This document shows positions 28,589 to 39,050 of a DNA stretch of 64,000 nt, one piece after another. This stretch comes from Arenicellales bacterium (GTDB lineage: Bacteria; Pseudomonadota; Gammaproteobacteria; Arenicellales; JAJDZL01). The notes below the pieces were generated by a model that was not told the DNA's origin, did not search any database, and worked only from the letters and a program-made list of their open reading frames with translations. Position 1 is the first letter of the stretch; each line of letters begins with the position of its first letter. Where the stretch lies: positions 1,669,845 to 1,733,844 of the forward strand of contig CBDEUN010000003.1 of NCBI GenBank assembly GCA_965243305.1. The letters are read 5' to 3'. A program made the translations under genes and the position numbers.

Positions 28589-29326
28589 TCACAACAAGGC
28601 TCGAAATGCCGCTCGCTTAAGACCTGCGATGGAACCTGAGGGGTCAAGTTCTTTGGGACAAAATCGGGTACAGGACTGCGTTGTATGACAGCCAAGACAA
28701 CCGCTGTCAGAGGCAACATTCCGCAGTAAGTGATTTCTGGAATTTTGCCGCTCGTCGTTATAGAGTGTCCAGATTCGATTCAATGCTGCTGGTCCTAAAT
28801 AATCAGGTGACCACTTGACAACATCACAAGCCGAATAGCAGACACCGCAGCCAATGCACTCGATGGCCTGGTTGGCGGCTTGACGAGCGATGCTGTCAGG
28901 TCGAACATTGGCAAAGTCATCCGCATCTTGATCGGCCGCGCTAAACGCGCCACCAGCAGACTTCCATTTTTGAAAGAACGGGTCCATGTTGACGACAAGA
29001 TCTTTGATGATAGGAAAGTTCTTTAGCGGTTCGATCCGAATACGATCTGACGAGTCAAAGATCGCCGTCTGAGTTCTGCAAGTCCAACGCGGGACCCCAT
29101 TCACGGTCATGGCACAAGTACCGCACATCCCAACTCGACAAGAGTAGCGATAGGACAAAGTTTTGTCGAGTTTACGCTGAATATAAGTAACTACGTCAAG
29201 AATAGTCTGTTTGTCGAGACGAGGAACTTTGTAACTGGCAAATGACCCGCTGGATTCGCCGCGCCAGACTTCGACGTTTATTGCTTGATTCTGCATGGGA
29301 TGGATTGAATACTCGCGATGATCCAA
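28589..29326 (-). CDS. Succinate dehydrogenase / fumarate reductase-type iron-sulfur subunit
   Basis: 2Fe-2S CRVGMCGTCAMTVNG, 4Fe-4S CIGCGVCYSAC and CHTTQSCTRFCP clusters. The start may be MQNQ at 29296. Confidence 0.8.
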   Translation of the reverse strand: MDHREYSIHPMQNQAINVEVWRGESSGSFASYKVPRLDKQTILDVVTYIQRKLDKTLSYRYSCRVGMCGTCAMTVNGVPRWTCRTQTAIFDSSDRIRIEPLKNFPIIKDLVVNMDPFFQKWKSAGGAFSAADQDADDFANVRPDSIARQAANQAIECIGCGVCYSACDVVKWSPDYLGPAALNRIWTLYNDERQNSRNHLLRNVASDSGCLGCHTTQSCTRFCPKELDPSGSIAGLKRAAFRALL

Positions 29327-29492
29327 AAAATAGTGATTGATGTTTGGACTTTGGACATTGAAGATTGATAATGGAAGTCAAATCTTTGCAAAATTTTACG
29401 CTACACTTATGGCAAATTTTTGAATGGCTTCAGACTGTGCAACACAGTCAGACTAGACACTCACCCAAAAAAATTTTTCCAAACGCAAGGAA

Positions 29493-30614
29493 TTGAATTC
29501 AATGCTGATAGAGAACATCGAAATTTCACGTCATCGACTGGAAATTGATCCGGCTTTTCCATCCTCATGGGATCCAAGACCATTAAAGACATTTGAAACG
29601 ACGATCGTTCGGGTTACTGCCGACAATGGGACAGTTGGCATTGGGTCAGGAGACGCCATGATTGGTTTCGAGCGGTTCAAGGATTTGTTCATTGGCGAAG
29701 GAGTGTTTAATTTTGAGCGCCATAATCGTGTTCTAGACAGTATTTCATTATTTGCGTCGCGGTGTTGGCCATTGGACATGGCGCTGTGGGATTTGCGCGG
29801 TAAAGTCGAAAATAAACCTGTATACGAGTTGCTGGGTGGAGACTCAGGCAAATTGAGATTGTATGCGTCGACCGGTACTGTCCGAGGCCCGGATGAGTTG
29901 GCAGAACAGGCGATTTTGTTGAAGGAAATGGGATTTGAGGCGATCAAGTTCCGAATTGCCCGAAGAGCGCCAGAAGAAGATGTTGCAGCACTGCGAGCTG
30001 TCCGACAGGCAATTGGTGATGACATTGAGATCATGGTTGATGCCAACCAAGCATGGCGGATGCCGTGGGACATCTCTCCCTGGTGGACCTATAGCGAGGC
30101 TCAGCAAATGATTGAAATGACCCGTGAACTCAAACTCTACTGGCTGGAAGAGCCGCTGCATCGCGGTGACTTTGAGGGGCTTCGCCAATTGCGACAGATA
30201 CCAGATGCACCGCTGATTGCAAGTGGCGAAATGAATCAGGAATATCACGAACTGCGTAATTTGATGTCATTCGGGTGTGTCGATGTGCTACAGACAGATT
30301 GTGTGTATTTTGGTGGAATTACTGGTCTTTCACACATAGCCCGAGAATCCAAAAGCTATGGTGTCACTTTCAGTCCACATACTTGGGGAAATGGCATTGG
30401 ATTCCTAGCGAATGCTCACCTTGCTGCGGGTACAGGAGCACCTCCCTATCTGGAATATGCAATTGATCCGCCGGAGTGGCGACTGGAAGTTCGAGATCAC
30501 ATGCTAACTGAAATTGTGATGCATGATGGCACCGGTCACTTGGACCTCGGCAGTGCGCCAGGACTTGGTTTTGAGCTTGACGAGGAGATTTTGGAGCGAA
30601 CGCGAGTTGCTTGA
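29493..30614 (+). CDS. Enolase-superfamily enzyme (mandelate racemase / muconate lactonizing family)
   Basis: Metal ligands in MVDANQAW, LEEPL, ASGE. TTG start at 29493 or ATG at 29502. Confidence 0.8.
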   Translation: MNSMLIENIEISRHRLEIDPAFPSSWDPRPLKTFETTIVRVTADNGTVGIGSGDAMIGFERFKDLFIGEGVFNFERHNRVLDSISLFASRCWPLDMALWDLRGKVENKPVYELLGGDSGKLRLYASTGTVRGPDELAEQAILLKEMGFEAIKFRIARRAPEEDVAALRAVRQAIGDDIEIMVDANQAWRMPWDISPWWTYSEAQQMIEMTRELKLYWLEEPLHRGDFEGLRQLRQIPDAPLIASGEMNQEYHELRNLMSFGCVDVLQTDCVYFGGITGLSHIARESKSYGVTFSPHTWGNGIGFLANAHLAAGTGAPPYLEYAIDPPEWRLEVRDHMLTEIVMHDGTGHLDLGSAPGLGFELDEEILERTRVA

Positions 30615-30668
30615 GGTCGACTAACCGCGACAAAATTGGCTCGTCGTAGTGTGTGGCAGCTGAATTTT

Positions 30669-32630
30669 TTAATCGGTCTGCAGTTCAGGAATATTTCGGT
30701 AAAGGTCCAAAACTTCTGGGTTGTCCAGCGCTTCAAGATTGTCAATGGATTCTCCGTGAACTAGCTTTCTGACTGCCACTTCAGTAATTTTTCCATTCCT
30801 GGTTCTTGGAATGTCGGCAACCTGAATGATCTTGGCTGGTACATGCCGCGGAGAGGCATTGGTCCGAATTATGCTTCTGATTTTCGTCTGCAGATCGTGG
30901 TCTAGAACAAGACCCTCTCGAAGGCGAACAAAAAGAACCACTCGGGTGTCGCCATCCCAGCGCTGTCCGATCACCAGACTTTCAATAACTTCGTCAATCT
31001 GTTCAGCCTGGCGATAGATTTCAGCCGTTCCAATACGAACGCCGCTGGGATTGAGGACTGCATCAGAACGGCCGTAAACGATCATCCCGCCGTGGACTGT
31101 AAGTTCGACATAATCGCCATGATGCCAGTTACCCGGAAAGCGCTCAAAGTATGCGGCCCGATACTTCGAATCGTTTTCGTCTTGCCAGAAACCAACTGGC
31201 ATTGACGGAAATGAATTACGACAGACAAGTTCGCCTTTCGTACCATTTGGGACTTCTTTCCCGCTGTCATCAAATACAGCAATATCCATGCCTAATCCCC
31301 GACACTGAATTTCACCTCTCCAGACGGGCAAGGTAGGATTGCCCAGAACAAAGCAGGAGATCAGATCTGTGCCGCCGGATATCGAAGCCAGGCAGATATC
31401 CTTCTTGACAGAGTCGTATACGTAATCAAAGCCCTCTGGATTCAGTGGTGATCCAGTGGACATAAGTGTGCGAAGGGTAGACAGATCATGCGTTTCGATC
31501 GGGCGCACACCAGACTTGGATATGAAGTCAATAAACTTCGCAGAAATGCCCAAATGGTTGATGCCATACTGTTCAACATAGTCGAAAAACACATCAGGCT
31601 TGGGATGGAAGGGTGAGCCTTCGTAGAGAACGATTGTGATTTCTGATGCCAGTGCCGTGACTAGCCAGTTCCACATCATCCACCCGCAGGTGGTGAAGAA
31701 AAACAGTTTATCTCCGTGCTTGAGATTGACATGAAATCGGTGTTCCTTAAGGTGTTGAATCAGTGTGCCACCGACACCGTGAACAATGCATTTGGGTTTG
31801 CCGGTGGTTCCAGATGAAAACAGAATGTAGAGTGGGTGATTAAACGGCAGTTGTGGGTATTCAATCGGATCGGTAGAGTAGTTTGCCACAAATTCTTCCA
31901 GAGTGACTGCACCCTCCAGACTGTGTGATGTTTGTGCATCGAGGTATGGAACCAAAATATGTTTCTCTAGCGAAGGCAGATTTTCGAGTATTTCCTTCAG
32001 TTTCCCAGAAATATCGAATTTTTTTCCGTTGTAGGTGTAACCATCAACCGAAATCAGGATTTTCGGATTGACCTGACCGAAACGGTCAATGACTCCCTGA
32101 GCACCAAAATCCGGTGAACAGGATGACCAGACTGCGCCGCAGGCTGCTGCAGCTAGCACACATATTACCGTTTCAGGAATATTTGGCATGTAAGCGACAA
32201 TACGGTCTCCGGGTTCAATCCCAAGTTCCCGGTACGCGCGTGCCAGTCTGTTAACCTGGCAATTCAGTTCACTGTATGAGATGTTTCGGTCGGGTTTGTT
32301 CTCGCCGCGGGAAATGATTGCTATTGTTTCGTCGTTCTTTCGAAGAAGGTTTTCAGTGAAGTTCAATTCTGCTTCCGTAAACCAACGCGAACCTGGCATT
32401 TCGTTTTTATCTTGAACGATAATGCCGCTCAATTTGGATGCGCGGACATCACAGAACTGCCAGACTTCCTGCCAAAAAGCTTCGGAATTTTCAACGGACC
32501 AACGATGCAGTTGGTCGTAGGTGTTTAGGCTAATGTTGTAGCGGGTGCCTGCTTGCTTGGCGAAGTGAGTGACATTGGCCTGTTCAATCGAATCGGAGTC
32601 AGGTTGCCAGAGAGGTTCAGACACGTCCAA
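30669..32630 (-). CDS. Acetoacetate-CoA ligase (acetoacetyl-CoA synthetase)
   Basis: 653 aa. N-terminus PLWQPDSDSIEQANVTHF...AFWQEVW and ANL motifs FSSGTTGKPKC are typical of acetoacetyl-CoA synthetases. Confidence 0.8.
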   Translation of the reverse strand: MDVSEPLWQPDSDSIEQANVTHFAKQAGTRYNISLNTYDQLHRWSVENSEAFWQEVWQFCDVRASKLSGIIVQDKNEMPGSRWFTEAELNFTENLLRKNDETIAIISRGENKPDRNISYSELNCQVNRLARAYRELGIEPGDRIVAYMPNIPETVICVLAAAACGAVWSSCSPDFGAQGVIDRFGQVNPKILISVDGYTYNGKKFDISGKLKEILENLPSLEKHILVPYLDAQTSHSLEGAVTLEEFVANYSTDPIEYPQLPFNHPLYILFSSGTTGKPKCIVHGVGGTLIQHLKEHRFHVNLKHGDKLFFFTTCGWMMWNWLVTALASEITIVLYEGSPFHPKPDVFFDYVEQYGINHLGISAKFIDFISKSGVRPIETHDLSTLRTLMSTGSPLNPEGFDYVYDSVKKDICLASISGGTDLISCFVLGNPTLPVWRGEIQCRGLGMDIAVFDDSGKEVPNGTKGELVCRNSFPSMPVGFWQDENDSKYRAAYFERFPGNWHHGDYVELTVHGGMIVYGRSDAVLNPSGVRIGTAEIYRQAEQIDEVIESLVIGQRWDGDTRVVLFVRLREGLVLDHDLQTKIRSIIRTNASPRHVPAKIIQVADIPRTRNGKITEVAVRKLVHGESIDNLEALDNPEVLDLYRNIPELQTD

Positions 32631-32696
32631 CGGGATCCATCAGTCAGTGGGAGGGGAAGAAAATGACTCAAAATTTTATCAAAATGATCCGAAGGG

Positions 32697-33164
32697 CTAT
32701 TCCTCCAGCGCATATTGGAGTGGCAGGGCGGTTGTGTACTTGATTCTTTCCATGGCAAAACTTGAACTCACATCATAAATGTCAACGGATGAAATCAGGC
32801 GTTTATAAAACTTGTCAAATTCGGCGATGTTGGGGACGACGACTCGCATCAAATAATCGATTTCTCCAGTCATTCGGTAAAACTCGACGACTTCTGGAAA
32901 TTCAATGACAGCGTTAGCAAATTCTTCAAGCCAGGCGGCGTTGTGCTGGTTGGTGCGTATTGCAACAAAGACATCTATTCCAAGATTCAGTTTGTCTCGG
33001 TTCAAGAGTCCAACCTTGGACACGATAACATTATCCTGCTCAAGTTTTCGGATGCGACGCCAGCAGGGAGTCGTACTCAGTTCTACACGTTCTGCGATTT
33101 GTCCAGCAGATAAGTTTGCATCGTGTTGAATACAATTCAAGATTTCAAGATCAATTTTGTCCAT
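32697..33164 (-). CDS. Lrp/AsnC-family transcriptional regulator
   Basis: MDKIDLEILNCIQHDANLSAGQIAERVELSTTPCWRRIRKLE HTH plus RAM/AsnC_trans_reg domain. Confidence 0.85.
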   Translation of the reverse strand: MDKIDLEILNCIQHDANLSAGQIAERVELSTTPCWRRIRKLEQDNVIVSKVGLLNRDKLNLGIDVFVAIRTNQHNAAWLEEFANAVIEFPEVVEFYRMTGEIDYLMRVVVPNIAEFDKFYKRLISSVDIYDVSSSFAMERIKYTTALPLQYALEE

Positions 33165-33382
33165 AGCAAATTTTTCCCCCAATATTGATGTTTATAGAAC
33201 ATCATACCTAAAATGGTGTTGATTATCAATAATTATTTGCAATAATTTATCAAATTGTGAACCACTGATGTGTATTGGAAAAATTTATCAATACACTATT
33301 AATTGTGCGACTGTATAATAACCGGTCCACTTGAAATCGAATCGGATTGAGCCGATTTTTACAGCAGGAGGTGTTTTCTTTT

Positions 33383-33598
33383 ATGCCAAGTGTTCGCGTT
33401 CGAAGTGACGAACCATTTGATGTTGTCCTCAGACAATTTCGCCGCTCATGTGAGAGAGCGGGTATTTTCAGTGAAATTCGCAAGCGCGAATATTACGAGA
33501 AGCCAACGAGCGTTCGCAAGCGAAAAGCAGCCGCAGCGGTCAAACGCGAGAAAAAGCGTATGCAGCGACAGCGCGGTTTTCGTCAGCGGTCTTACTAA
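33383..33598 (+). CDS. rpsU: 30S ribosomal protein S21
   Basis: [48 protein letters not shown], 71 aa. AGGAGG lies upstream of the ATG at 33383. Confidence 0.95.
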   Translation: MPSVRVRSDEPFDVVLRQFRRSCERAGIFSEIRKREYYEKPTSVRKRKAAAAVKREKKRMQRQRGFRQRSY

Positions 33599-33812
33599 TT
33601 CCTCAAATTGTTGGCTAGCTTGTACTGTTTAGCCAGCAACTGACCAATTCAACCTATTCTCTACAATGGTTTCGCGCACGCGAATAGTGTGCGCGGTGCT
33701 GAACTTGGGGATTTTCAGTTCCTGCCTGTTTTTCGAGCAGATGCATTTGCTAAAATGGGCTGAGTGTGAGTGTCAAAATTTATTTCTCGAATAGTTACTG
33801 AGCGACTTCTTT

Positions 33813-35585
33813 GTGGCAGGTCAAATTTCAAAAGATTTCATTCAAGAACTGCTGTCACGCATTGACATCGTAGATGTCATTAACAGTCGGGTTCCGCTTA
33901 CCCAGGCTGGTCGGGAATACAAAGCTTGTTGCCCCTTCCATAACGAGAAAACTCCTTCGTTTTTTGTCAGTCCTGTGAAGCAGTTCTACCACTGCTTTGG
34001 CTGCGGTGAGAGTGGTACAGCAATTCAATTCTTGATGAACTACGGAAACTATCAGTTTCTTGATGCAATTGAAGAACTCGCATCAATTGCTGGTTTGGAA
34101 GTTCCTAAGGGCTATGCCCAGTCGCATCAGCAAGAAGGGTATACACAACTCCTGGATTTGATGGAAAAAGTCAATGCGGAATATCAGCGACAACTTTACA
34201 AGAATCCTGAATCTGTTGCAGCTAGGGAGTACCTTAAAGAAAGGGGAATCACATTTGAAGCGGCTCAGGAATTCGGGTTAGGGTTCGCACCGGACGAATG
34301 GAGTTTTGTACAGAAGAAGTACGGCAAAAGCAAGAAAAATCTGAATATGCTCGAAAGAGCAGGTCTAATTATTCGTAAAGAAGACAGTGTGTACGACCGA
34401 TTTCGAGGACGGTTGATGTTTCCGATTGAGGACCGAAGGGGTCGGGTGATAGCGTTTGGTGGTCGAGTAATTAGTGAGGGTGAGCCAAAGTACCTGAATT
34501 CTCCCGAAACCATGCTCTTCAAAAAAAGCAATGAACTTTTTGGATTCAAGAAGGCGCTGCAAGCGATTAAGACTGAAGAAAAAGTCTTGGTTGTAGAAGG
34601 CTACACCGATGTTGTTGTGCTGGCACAGTATGGTGTGAAAAACGTTGTCGCGACACTGGGTACGGCCGTAACTCCAAGTCACGTCAAACAACTTCTTCGC
34701 TCAATTCACAACGTCGTATTTTGTTTCGACGGTGATGAAGCTGGTGTTAGAGCTGCTTGGCGCGCAGTTGAATCGACTCTGCCAGTGATGGAAGACGGAC
34801 ATCTGGTGAGCTTTGTATTTTTGCCAGAGGGAGAAGATCCCGATTCAATGGTCAGAAGGGAAGGCGGCGAGGCGTATAGAGAACGGATGTCAAATGGTGA
34901 GCCTATTGCGGAGTTTATCTTTCGAACGTTGCTTGAGCGGTCTGACATCAGTCGTACAGATGGTCGAGCGCGGTTTGCAGCAGAATTTGGAAAGGTTATC
35001 TCGGGGCTGAGACCGGGAATGTTGCGTCAGATGATGCTGTCCGATCTAGCCACGCGTACCGGCCTGTCAGAATCAGCAATCAAAAGTGTGCTTGAAACAC
35101 CTACCTCTGAGCACAGTGCATCAAGATCTAAACCGGACGCGAGTAAGGATTTCTCATTGACAGGACAATTTATCTCCTTACTCATTCAGCACCCTCAATT
35201 TGTCAAATATGTGATGGAGCTTAAGGGGGTAGAAAAATTACGTGATTCAAACATTAGACTGTTGGTGGCAGTACTCAAAACTGTCCAGAAACATCCGGAA
35301 CTGAATACAGCTTCATTGGTTGAAAAGTTTCGAGGCACAGACTACTTCGCACAGGTCAAACTATTTGCCATTTCAAGAGATGATTTTAGTGAATCAGAAC
35401 TTGAGGAGAAGTTTAAAGGGATCGTAATGAAGCTTCAAGAACGGACTATTAAACAAGAGAACAAATTGAAAATTTCGCAATCTGATCACACATTTGATGA
35501 TGAAGAATTACAAGACTTTCTTCAACGCTTGCGGGAGCAGGATATGTTGAAGAAAAACGTTCAGGAAGGTCGAAAAATTCATTAG
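33813..35585 (+). CDS. dnaG: DNA primase
   Basis: Zinc finger CCPFHNEKTPSFFVSPVKQFYHCFGCG, TOPRIM EGYTDV...DGDEAG, 590 aa, GTG start; follows rpsU. Confidence 0.93.
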   Translation: MAGQISKDFIQELLSRIDIVDVINSRVPLTQAGREYKACCPFHNEKTPSFFVSPVKQFYHCFGCGESGTAIQFLMNYGNYQFLDAIEELASIAGLEVPKGYAQSHQQEGYTQLLDLMEKVNAEYQRQLYKNPESVAAREYLKERGITFEAAQEFGLGFAPDEWSFVQKKYGKSKKNLNMLERAGLIIRKEDSVYDRFRGRLMFPIEDRRGRVIAFGGRVISEGEPKYLNSPETMLFKKSNELFGFKKALQAIKTEEKVLVVEGYTDVVVLAQYGVKNVVATLGTAVTPSHVKQLLRSIHNVVFCFDGDEAGVRAAWRAVESTLPVMEDGHLVSFVFLPEGEDPDSMVRREGGEAYRERMSNGEPIAEFIFRTLLERSDISRTDGRARFAAEFGKVISGLRPGMLRQMMLSDLATRTGLSESAIKSVLETPTSEHSASRSKPDASKDFSLTGQFISLLIQHPQFVKYVMELKGVEKLRDSNIRLLVAVLKTVQKHPELNTASLVEKFRGTDYFAQVKLFAISRDDFSESELEEKFKGIVMKLQERTIKQENKLKISQSDHTFDDEELQDFLQRLREQDMLKKNVQEGRKIH

Positions 35586-35754
35586 AATAAGCGATTCTCA
35601 ACAGATTACTCCATTGACAAAACGTTCTATCAGCCAATTGAGTTGCAGAATTCAATATTAAAATTATTCTGTATTATCAATTAAATAAGTGGTATTGATT
35701 CGAAAGATATTTTTGGGTTGATAGTTATCTTTTAAACATAGTAGTTTCGGTTTT

Positions 35755-35831
35755 GGGCCTGTAGCTCAGTCGGTCAGAGCAGTGGACTCATAATCCATTG
35801 GTCGAAGGTTCGAGTCCTTCCGGGCCCACCA
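35755..35831 (+). tRNA. tRNA with CAT anticodon, elongator type; probably tRNA-Ile2 (lysidine) rather than tRNA-Met
   Basis: Cloverleaf GGGCCTG...CTCATAA...GAAGGTTCGAGTCCTTC-CGGGCCC-A-CCA. G1-C72 is paired, so it is not an initiator. C4-G69/C5-G68 resemble the TilS identity pairs of E. coli tRNA-Ile2. Confidence 0.85.
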
Positions 35832-36262
35832 TCGCAACGTATCCGAACTTTTTTGAGATGATTCTGAAGAGGTAGGTTTGTCAATTATGGCGAGCGTATC
35901 AATTGATGTGTGCGCTGTGTGGTACGGCTTGCTGGTTTTTGGATAGGTCACTTTCGCCTGATTCTGTTTTCCATTCGCGAGTCCGGCACGATTGAATCGG
36001 TCGTGCCGTTACAGTTTCTAAAAAGGAGTGAGTAGTGGTGAAACACTGAAAGTGTTCTTGAGGGTCACAGATGAAGGGCAATTCAGCTTCGTGGGTGTGT
36101 TGTGCAGTAATGGCGAGACGTTGTGTGTTTTAGTGGTGATTGAATTCGATGAAACTGAGCAGCAAGGTAAACCTCTACGTTATGTAACTGAGGACTATCA
36201 AAAGTTAAAAGTGGGAGTTTCAACCGCGAATGACAGACAGGCAACTAATGGTTACGCTTCGG

Positions 36263-38959
36263 TTACTGTAGTACGAGATACTGGTGGTTTGTCACTGTAC
36301 CCTTATCACGAATACCGTGGCTCTCACAGTGAGATACGCTTTCGGTATAGATATCAGCTATCCGAAACCATATTTTTGCTATTTTGGCCAATTCCTTCGC
36401 CATATCGCACTTCTTACTGGCACCGAGATGAAAGACAACCACACCGTTCGATTTCAGCCTTTCTCGACATTGGCGTAAAATTGGATTGTAAACACTAAAA
36501 CTGCGTTTCTGCCTCTCATCAATGAACAGTGGTGGCCGTTCCTGAAAATCATTGGCCTCCCAGCCACTGAACCACAGGCGAATCCAATTGGCCAAATGGA
36601 ACCGTGTGCTATTGAAGAACGGTGGTGAAGTGATAATGGCGTCCAACTCTTCAATATTTGCAGGCCACCACTCGGTGGCGTCTTGCGAAATTGAACTACC
36701 GTAAGCGAAGTTGTGCGGTAGCGGTGTAGCTAAACTACGTTCCATCTTGTCGCGAAGACGAGGAATTAACGCGCGGTATTCCGTTTCGCCACTCGGTGAA
36801 AATGGTGTGATTGGGTGTGACCGGCGGCTGAGAGCGTAAGGCCTATTGCCGTGAAGGATGTGTAGAAGACAGGAAAAAACGAGAGACTGCGAGGCATTTG
36901 TGGGTACATTTATGAGGAAATATCTGCGCGCAAGAAGGATGTCTTCAAGGGTCTTTTTATGAAAATATGAAATCAAAGGGCCGTTGAAACCAATCGCCTC
37001 TGCAGATCTATGTTCGTCTGCCAGCACCTTGTGGTTTTGTAGATACCTATCGAGCCGCTTGACAGTATCTTCACATTCGGCAACAATACACTTCCCAACC
37101 TTCCCAGCTGTAATATGAACGGCAGGTGGGCTGATATCGAAACCCCAACATTTGACACCGTGTAATGCGGCTTCGAAAGGAAGCGTGCCTACACCGGAAA
37201 ACGGGTCCAGCATTCGGTTACCCGGTGTCGTAAACGTTTTCACAAGATGTGCCGCCAACGAAGGTTTCATCTTGCCTTGGTAGGAGCAGAGTGAATGAAG
37301 CGGATGTCCCCAGTTTCTTTTTGCAAATTCACCTTTCTGATGCGGTAAACATTCCTTGAAATCTGTCCACGCTGACAGCCAGCCACTGGTTTGCTGTCTC
37401 ACGTATCGAGTGTTTGAACACCATCCACGCTTCAGGGTGAACACAAGTAGTTTCTGTGTCAGTTTTATTTGACTACGCGAATATCGCTGACGCAATACAC
37501 TCTCGTCTGTCAGATTGAACCCAGCAACGTCCAGCGACTGCACAATAAATTGATCTGTAGGAACTCGCACGCCAGCATATGCCGAATCGCCAACATCGAT
37601 GACTATCGTGCCATCCTTTCGGGTATGTTCGGCTAACGCTTGAAGAATGGCGTGCATTTCGGAGGCGAAACATGCCACCATACGCGGTATTCGAGAATCG
37701 TAAGCATCGGCTTCGAGAGCCTCAATTATCGGCAAGGCGCCTGGCGGTATCTCACCGACAGGCTTGTTTTTCGTTACATCGTTAATTCCTACAGTCATCG
37801 AACTGAACCGGAATCGAGCCAAATCCTCTCGATTCTTCAGGCAACGGAGAAACCAAAGTTCGATCTTAGTATTTCTGAAATAGTTGGTACCATTGAGATA
37901 AGGTGGGCTTGTAATCACCGCATCGATGGACAGTGGTGGGACTCGGTCAAGGTTTTTCGTATTCTCCAGAAGTAAAACTGGTGCTTTATTGGTCGGCGAC
38001 AGATCATTGATGTCGCGGGCAATCACGGTTAGCGCTTCGCGAATTTCATCCCGCAGTTCAAGCCGACCGCGCTCGAGTTCTTTCTCTGTCTTGAATCGCA
38101 GGTCTCCCCGGCGGATTAACAGTGATGCCGGAATCAGGGCACGCAAAACTGCGACTGTTAGGAACCGCGCTGTAAGCGGTGCTGCACGTCCGATACCGTC
38201 AATCCACGTCCGGCAGCGCAGCACTTCCATAAACACATCGGTTTCAAAAAACTCGCTGCCACCAAATACTTCATCGTAGGTCTGCCGCAACTGTTGATCC
38301 TGCGGCGATGCACAAATCCGGTCGTCAAGCGTGTTTACAATAGTTTTTAACTCATCGACGAGTGCTGTGCGATCCCGGTCGCGCAACTGCAGGGCGATAA
38401 CTTTTGAAGCGGTTAGGAATTGTAGAACCGGGTTGATCTCGCTGTAATACCCAAATCTACCAAGACGGGATACCGTAAGCGGTGTTGTACCCGTACCTCC
38501 GAATGGATCAAACACGCTTTTGGCATTCGGGCAATATCTACCAATAACTGACTCAACAAAAGCAGGAGAATAGCCCTCCAACCAAGGATACCATTCATGC
38601 AACGGTTCGCAACGACCGCCACTGAAAGTTGCTTGAATCGGATCGAAGGCAAACGGATGTTCTGCTTCAAAACCTGGCAACCATGCGGAATGTGAGTGTT
38701 TACTGCTTTCGAGATGACTTCGAAGAATTAAAAGGCAAAAGGAGTTTAAAGACCTGCCCTCAGCATGAGCATCCTGCTGGAGTGTCAAAAAGCTCTCGTA
38801 TCCGAGAACAGTTCGGAGTGAGTCGCTTGAAAGGTGGCGTATCGCCTCGTATATTTCATTGTCACTCTTACTGAAGGCAAGAGTAAGGCTGGAACGCCCG
38901 GATGCTGCCGCTGGGTAGTCCCTGAAATAGACATTTTTGTATGTTTGCGCTGTGACCAT
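36263..38959 (-). CDS. Two-module DNA amino-methyltransferase (898 aa)
   Basis: Two SAM-binding motifs (FDPFGGTGTT about aa 150; LDPFSGVGTL about aa 590), each followed about 190-200 aa later by a catalytic motif IV (ITSPPYLNG; ITSPPFFNS). Confidence 0.8.
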   Translation of the reverse strand: MVTAQTYKNVYFRDYPAAASGRSSLTLAFSKSDNEIYEAIRHLSSDSLRTVLGYESFLTLQQDAHAEGRSLNSFCLLILRSHLESSKHSHSAWLPGFEAEHPFAFDPIQATFSGGRCEPLHEWYPWLEGYSPAFVESVIGRYCPNAKSVFDPFGGTGTTPLTVSRLGRFGYYSEINPVLQFLTASKVIALQLRDRDRTALVDELKTIVNTLDDRICASPQDQQLRQTYDEVFGGSEFFETDVFMEVLRCRTWIDGIGRAAPLTARFLTVAVLRALIPASLLIRRGDLRFKTEKELERGRLELRDEIREALTVIARDINDLSPTNKAPVLLLENTKNLDRVPPLSIDAVITSPPYLNGTNYFRNTKIELWFLRCLKNREDLARFRFSSMTVGINDVTKNKPVGEIPPGALPIIEALEADAYDSRIPRMVACFASEMHAILQALAEHTRKDGTIVIDVGDSAYAGVRVPTDQFIVQSLDVAGFNLTDESVLRQRYSRSQIKLTQKLLVFTLKRGWCSNTRYVRQQTSGWLSAWTDFKECLPHQKGEFAKRNWGHPLHSLCSYQGKMKPSLAAHLVKTFTTPGNRMLDPFSGVGTLPFEAALHGVKCWGFDISPPAVHITAGKVGKCIVAECEDTVKRLDRYLQNHKVLADEHRSAEAIGFNGPLISYFHKKTLEDILLARRYFLINVPTNASQSLVFSCLLHILHGNRPYALSRRSHPITPFSPSGETEYRALIPRLRDKMERSLATPLPHNFAYGSSISQDATEWWPANIEELDAIITSPPFFNSTRFHLANWIRLWFSGWEANDFQERPPLFIDERQKRSFSVYNPILRQCRERLKSNGVVVFHLGASKKCDMAKELAKIAKIWFRIADIYTESVSHCESHGIRDKGTVTNHQYLVLQ

Positions 38960-39050
38960 ACGTTCAGAATTGCTCTTGCAAGAACACCATTAGAAATAAC
39001 TACCATAATATGGTAGTTGGAATCAAAAGTCAATGGATTTGTTGCGAAAT

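Noticed and set aside
33608-33639. Hairpin TTGTTGGCTA...TAGCCAGCAA after rpsU as a possible terminator
   Set aside because: It has a 10-bp stem with one G-U pair but no following U-tract, and dnaG is expected to be co-transcribed. It may be an attenuator, but it is not callable as a terminator.
36028-36498. 156-aa plus-strand ORF with an AGGAG-like sequence upstream
   Set aside because: Its last 235 nt run antisense through the 3' end of the well-supported MTase gene. No domain is recognisable, so it is likely spurious or at most a short leader.
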